A DNA stretch of 63,525 nucleotides, the filler included, from Folioceros fuciformis (lineage: Eukaryota), in the NCBI GenBank assembly GCA_049999805.1. It is 6 parts of 6 records of this genome, joined end to end, with 100 filler letters (N's around TTAATTAATTAA, not from the genome) between each part and the next. Parts side by side here need not be neighbours in the genome. Positions count along the whole stretch, not along the records: positions 57,039 to 63,525 come from JBNGIO010005615.1; 5 more parts are not named here. One strand, given 5' to 3'. The notes under the pieces are model-generated. The model was not told where the DNA came from, ran no database searches, and was given only the letters and a program-made list of their open reading frames with translations. This document shows, one piece after another, positions 61,001 to 63,525 of the stretch (its first letter is position 1; the number at the start of each line of letters is the position of its first letter). The position numbers were made by a program, and so were the translations under genes.

Positions 61001-63518
61001 TCAGACTGAGTTCTGAGCCCATTTTCCACGGGAAATTAACAGCAGACAGCTTGGGTGTAGCTCCTGGATCCTCCTTTTCTGCCTTGGCTTGATCAGATGC
61101 TGAGTAAACAGTACGTGATGCCAATACTGCGTACTCCCCCCCCCCAGCATCTAGCCAAAAAGGCAGCTGTGTGTATCCTGGGAATGGGAGGTGAACAGCA
61201 TCTCCAGGGCAGATGCTAGCAAACAAGCCTGGGAGTAGCATGGGAGTGACCTGAGTGTGCAGCTGAAAGGCAAGGCACAAACTCACCAACCATGTGATGG
61301 CATGGAGGTCCATGGCTCGTCCTAGAGTGCCCTTGCGCTGCCGATTGGTGACAGTGGGGGCCGCTGTACTATGGGTTTGAAAACCCATGAGTCGCTCTCG
61401 CTCCTCAACTGTTGGTTCTTCCCACCGTTGCGTTTCAGTATTCAATAATAAGCCAGGTCCTTCTCCTCTGTAAGCAAATGAACCCGGAAAGCTGACCAGC
61501 GTGGGCAACGTCTGCCTTGGCTGACCTGGAATGTTGGTCTTGAACCAAGGGGCTTTCTCACTGGCCACCACAGGTCGTGGCTGGTGGTAGTTCTCCAATA
61601 CAGTACAAAGTTGCAGCCCTGGATCCCTGCTAGTGTTCCAGAGAGCCAAGTCCAACACGGAGACAGGGACCAAATTGGTCCAGTAGTTACGAAGCCTGTG
61701 GGCATAGCTACCCACCTGCACAGCATCCATGAGGAATGGTGGCCCTGCAAAATGTCGCACAATGGCCATATCCTGCTGCACCTGTGGCCGGGTATCAAAC
61801 TGGGCTGGTGTGTTCTCGAGCAGGTATGCACATTGAGAGTTACTATCTTGTGCCCATGCCAAGATTTGTTGGAGATCTCTAAACAGACCAGAACGTGGAT
61901 CTGTCAACCCTGCACCTACCCCAGCTTGAGAGAATCCTTGGCATTCCCAGCCAGCTATGACCATGTCGATGGGGCCCAAGGCTTGGATGTGGCCCTGCTG
62001 TATATACTGGACGTCCTGAGGTAAGGACGTGAATGTATTAGCCAAAGCCTCAGCTGACAATTGCTGTGGGAAACGATGTTGTAGACCCTGCAGCCGAAAT
62101 GCAGCAATTTGCCTGGCAACGGGGTCTTTGTCACAGTAAAGGTACCTTTGAATGCTCAAACCTGTCAAGAGCAAAGCTTCTAACCCGGTACAAATACCAC
62201 CAAACAGTTCAACGACTGTAAGGGCTAGCGCAGCCGGTGCCCATATGATGACAGTATTGTCCACATAAGATGTGGGACAAGATGATAGGGTCCCGGCCTC
62301 TAGCAATTGTTGCACCTTGCTGACCTGCTCTTGTGCCTTGGTCAGCAATGCCTCTGCCTGCTTTGGACAGTCAGGCTGAACTAGAGCTTGCTGCAAACTA
62401 GTACACCTCACTTGGGCCTCTGCAACATTGGTCTCTAGATGCTTGTCCACTTGGTATGTGTCTTGGACAAGCTCCACCACATTGCTACTTTTGATACCAA
62501 CTACAGCCGGGCTTTTCACCAAAGTGGCTACATCAACCTCCACCTGGCCATGCAAATCTAATGGCAGATGTGCAATGCGACAACCTCCTTGCTTCCAGTC
62601 AGGCCTATAGAAGGCTTGCTCAGTCCAGTTATCCACACCAACTCCTGGTGGAAAGAGGAACTCTTGCCCCAACAGCAAATCATAGTTGGTGGCTGTGGTT
62701 ACCAGGCAGGGCAAGGACAATGTCATGGCATCTGGCGTGCCCGAGTTCAAGGTGATGTCCAGGGGTTGGACTGTCTCACCACAGACTGGTTCAATAGCCC
62801 CGGATGCCGTCCTGATGTTCCAAGGCGAGGTATGCAATGCATCACCCTGAAGATGCAACCTTGCAGCTAGAATCTTCCCAACGAGTACTGGTTGGGCTCC
62901 CGTGTCTAGCAACACCACTCTGGGTGCATACCCATTGATTGTGACGTGCCCACAACGATTGTCAACAACTGCATTGCTGACACGAGCTTGCAGTCGATTG
63001 GTGGACTGCACTCGCGGTTGGCTGTCAACTCCCTCAGCTAGCTGTACAGTGTAAGAGCCATTGCAGTGACTTGGTGCTGTCTGCCCACCTGTAGAGTGTG
63101 ACATCGCTATTGGCAGCACCCATTGTGAAGTGTACGTTGTACCCAGGCTAGGGTCAGCAGATGCAGCCGTGGCTTCAGCAGTTTGAAGAACTTCCTTCAG
63201 CCTGCTGGTCGTGATGCCCATGTCCTGCAGTGTGAAAACTGGCACCTGAGTTAGCTTGGCAGCCAGTTGTGTGACTGTGGTGGTTTGGGGTAAGAGATAC
63301 ACATGCTTTGGTGTTGGCATGCTATGGCCAGGTGTTCTACTCGTGGGCAGCTGTTCCACACGCAGCGTTGAGTGCTCCTGGCCTCGTACCGGAATTGCAG
63401 ACCCCGGTGGCAGCGGGGCAAAGGACTTTGGCATGGTAGCCCTAGGCCCTCGATTCCTGGTGATGGGCCCTAAGGCAGGTGCTGTTGTTCCCATGACCAC
63501 CTGTAAATTCTGCCCCAC
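58014..63518 (-). CDS. Uninterrupted Ty3/gypsy polyprotein: aspartic protease, C5 cytosine DNA methyltransferase, RT, RNase H, integrase, PHD finger (5' end probably beyond the window)
   Basis: 1834 codons with no stop. Protease VLLDTGAQ (about 62900). DNMT at about 61270-62225. RT: KRMCGDYRPIN, TLDLRQGFNQV, MPFGFKNAP, CYIDDVLV. RNase H: HTDWSSLGLGAVL, EGECLAAVWA, TDHQPL, NADTLSR. Integrase: HDDMGHFG..CEQC, WSCDLMG, TDQGSEF, GLAERMV. PHD: CQVC..LLCDGCNGGFHLFCLQPPL..WYCPKC (58053-58186). Confidence 0.97.
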   Translation of the reverse strand: MGQNLQVVMGTTAPALGPITRNRGPRATMPKSFAPLPPGSAIPVRGQEHSTLRVEQLPTSRTPGHSMPTPKHVYLLPQTTTVTQLAAKLTQVPVFTLQDMGITTSRLKEVLQTAEATAASADPSLGTTYTSQWVLPIAMSHSTGGQTAPSHCNGSYTVQLAEGVDSQPRVQSTNRLQARVSNAVVDNRCGHVTINGYAPRVVLLDTGAQPVLVGKILAARLHLQGDALHTSPWNIRTASGAIEPVCGETVQPLDITLNSGTPDAMTLSLPCLVTTATNYDLLLGQEFLFPPGVGVDNWTEQAFYRPDWKQGGCRIAHLPLDLHGQVEVDVATLVKSPAVVGIKSSNVVELVQDTYQVDKHLETNVAEAQVRCTSLQQALVQPDCPKQAEALLTKAQEQVSKVQQLLEAGTLSSCPTSYVDNTVIIWAPAALALTVVELFGGICTGLEALLLTGLSIQRYLYCDKDPVARQIAAFRLQGLQHRFPQQLSAEALANTFTSLPQDVQYIQQGHIQALGPIDMVIAGWECQGFSQAGVGAGLTDPRSGLFRDLQQILAWAQDSNSQCAYLLENTPAQFDTRPQVQQDMAIVRHFAGPPFLMDAVQVGSYAHRLRNYWTNLVPVSVLDLALWNTSRDPGLQLCTVLENYHQPRPVVASEKAPWFKTNIPGQPRQTLPTLVSFPGSFAYRGEGPGLLLNTETQRWEEPTVEERERLMGFQTHSTAAPTVTNRQRKGTLGRAMDLHAITWLVSLCLAFQLHTQVTPMLLPGLFASICPGDAVHLPFPGYTQLPFWLDAGGGEYAVLASRTVYSASDQAKAEKEDPGATPKLSAVNFPWKMGSELSLKQQDRIHNLLLRYRDCFAFSMHELKRCNVTTFRINLTTQEPVYRRRYRLSKTEWDMVDARCKELYEANLIRPSNSDYAAATVMPPKKDSQGLWTEKRMCGDYRPINAVTAQDRYPMPTPEEIFGRLGQSMFFSTLDLRQGFNQVPVAAEDIKKTAFHGSQQLWEWLVMPFGFKNAPVTFQRIMDIVLAGAGYLMCYIDDVLVHSMDFKDHLVHLEDLFIRLRKAQLTCHPAKCEFGMSTVAYLGHRIVPNGVTPHAAKVQAIMQVKEPTTVSALRSFLGLCNYYRVYIPNFSRIAKPLNDLLRKDVEWTWAEQAQQAFDTLKLELTVAPMLARPNFNKPFVVHTDWSSLGLGAVLAQQDEAGCERVVAYASRSNNRAEANYSSYEGECLAAVWAVCHFRPYLYGQKFTLVTDHQPLKWLMTNTKLSGKLARWAMILQDYEFQVEHRPGVKHQNADTLSRNPDSSCVDTTGARQDEEYSTMLAVSALVAMTCLGQVPVGAAQQSSKDIWEDPATLQYVQTGREDPTWTTATRERVHQRATKYCWRDGHLIRQQAQGVERLVPPPADRAALIKRVHDDMGHFGVKRTYSLLTPYFYWNRMHEQVKERVACCEQCDRVKASFTMQHPELHPLPIMGLFFRWSCDLMGELPQSPRGNLYAMIMMEHFSKWVEVVALPDKTSRSTSQAFLQCVLSRFGGCAECLTDQGSEFRGEFQDLMDAALIDHRRTSRDHPQADGLAERMVQTMKKGLRKLCLREPKTDWDLLLPYIAMGYRMSKHAALAHFSPYFLLFGREPIPPSSIAKQMLEVVKLDDAATWARVIGNRAALFKQAMPMAMANLHIAQHRDTLRYAHTRGGSFRPKLRKFQVGDFVYLQRQTSDTLDTSSSRHVLRIQEVKPNGILVLQGSDGRITTDHTKNCAPCHLPNLDPSIVTADWIPPTDYPCQVCQRTDDADLMLLCDGCNGGFHLFCLQPPLTHVPEQLWYCPKCQPDTAGVTSLGV

Positions 63519-63525
63519 CCATGTG

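Noticed and set aside
61270-62225. Bacterial restriction-modification methylase or contaminant
   Set aside because: It is in frame within a retrotransposon polyprotein, present in two diverged copies, and has DNMT3-like motifs.

Overview
Eukaryotic nuclear DNA from a land plant. Short introns, a PLS-class PPR gene, a SABATH gene and TORNADO1-like sequence fit a non-seed plant such as a hornwort or lycophyte; this taxon call is inference. The window is six contigs joined by artificial 100-bp linkers (N44-TTAATTAATTAA-N44), so adjacency across linkers is unproven. The only clearly intact host gene is a 29-exon GH38 alpha-mannosidase (424-6979). The rest is a graveyard of transposons and pseudogenes: a LINE with RNase H inside a MITE pair, several Ty1/copia and Ty3/gypsy elements, a PPR pseudogene, a SABATH pseudogene and tandem repeats. 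Two things stand out. (1) An ORF at about 18.1-18.8 kb carries nearly the full motif set of an animal-type caspase (C14A), not a metacaspase, and lies directly behind TORNADO1-like LRR/COR fragments. (2) A Ty3/gypsy polyprotein at 58.0-63.5 kb has a DNMT3-like cytosine methyltransferase between protease and RT and a C-terminal PHD finger; a decayed relative lies at about 44-47 kb. All homology calls come from motif recognition by eye; no database search was run.
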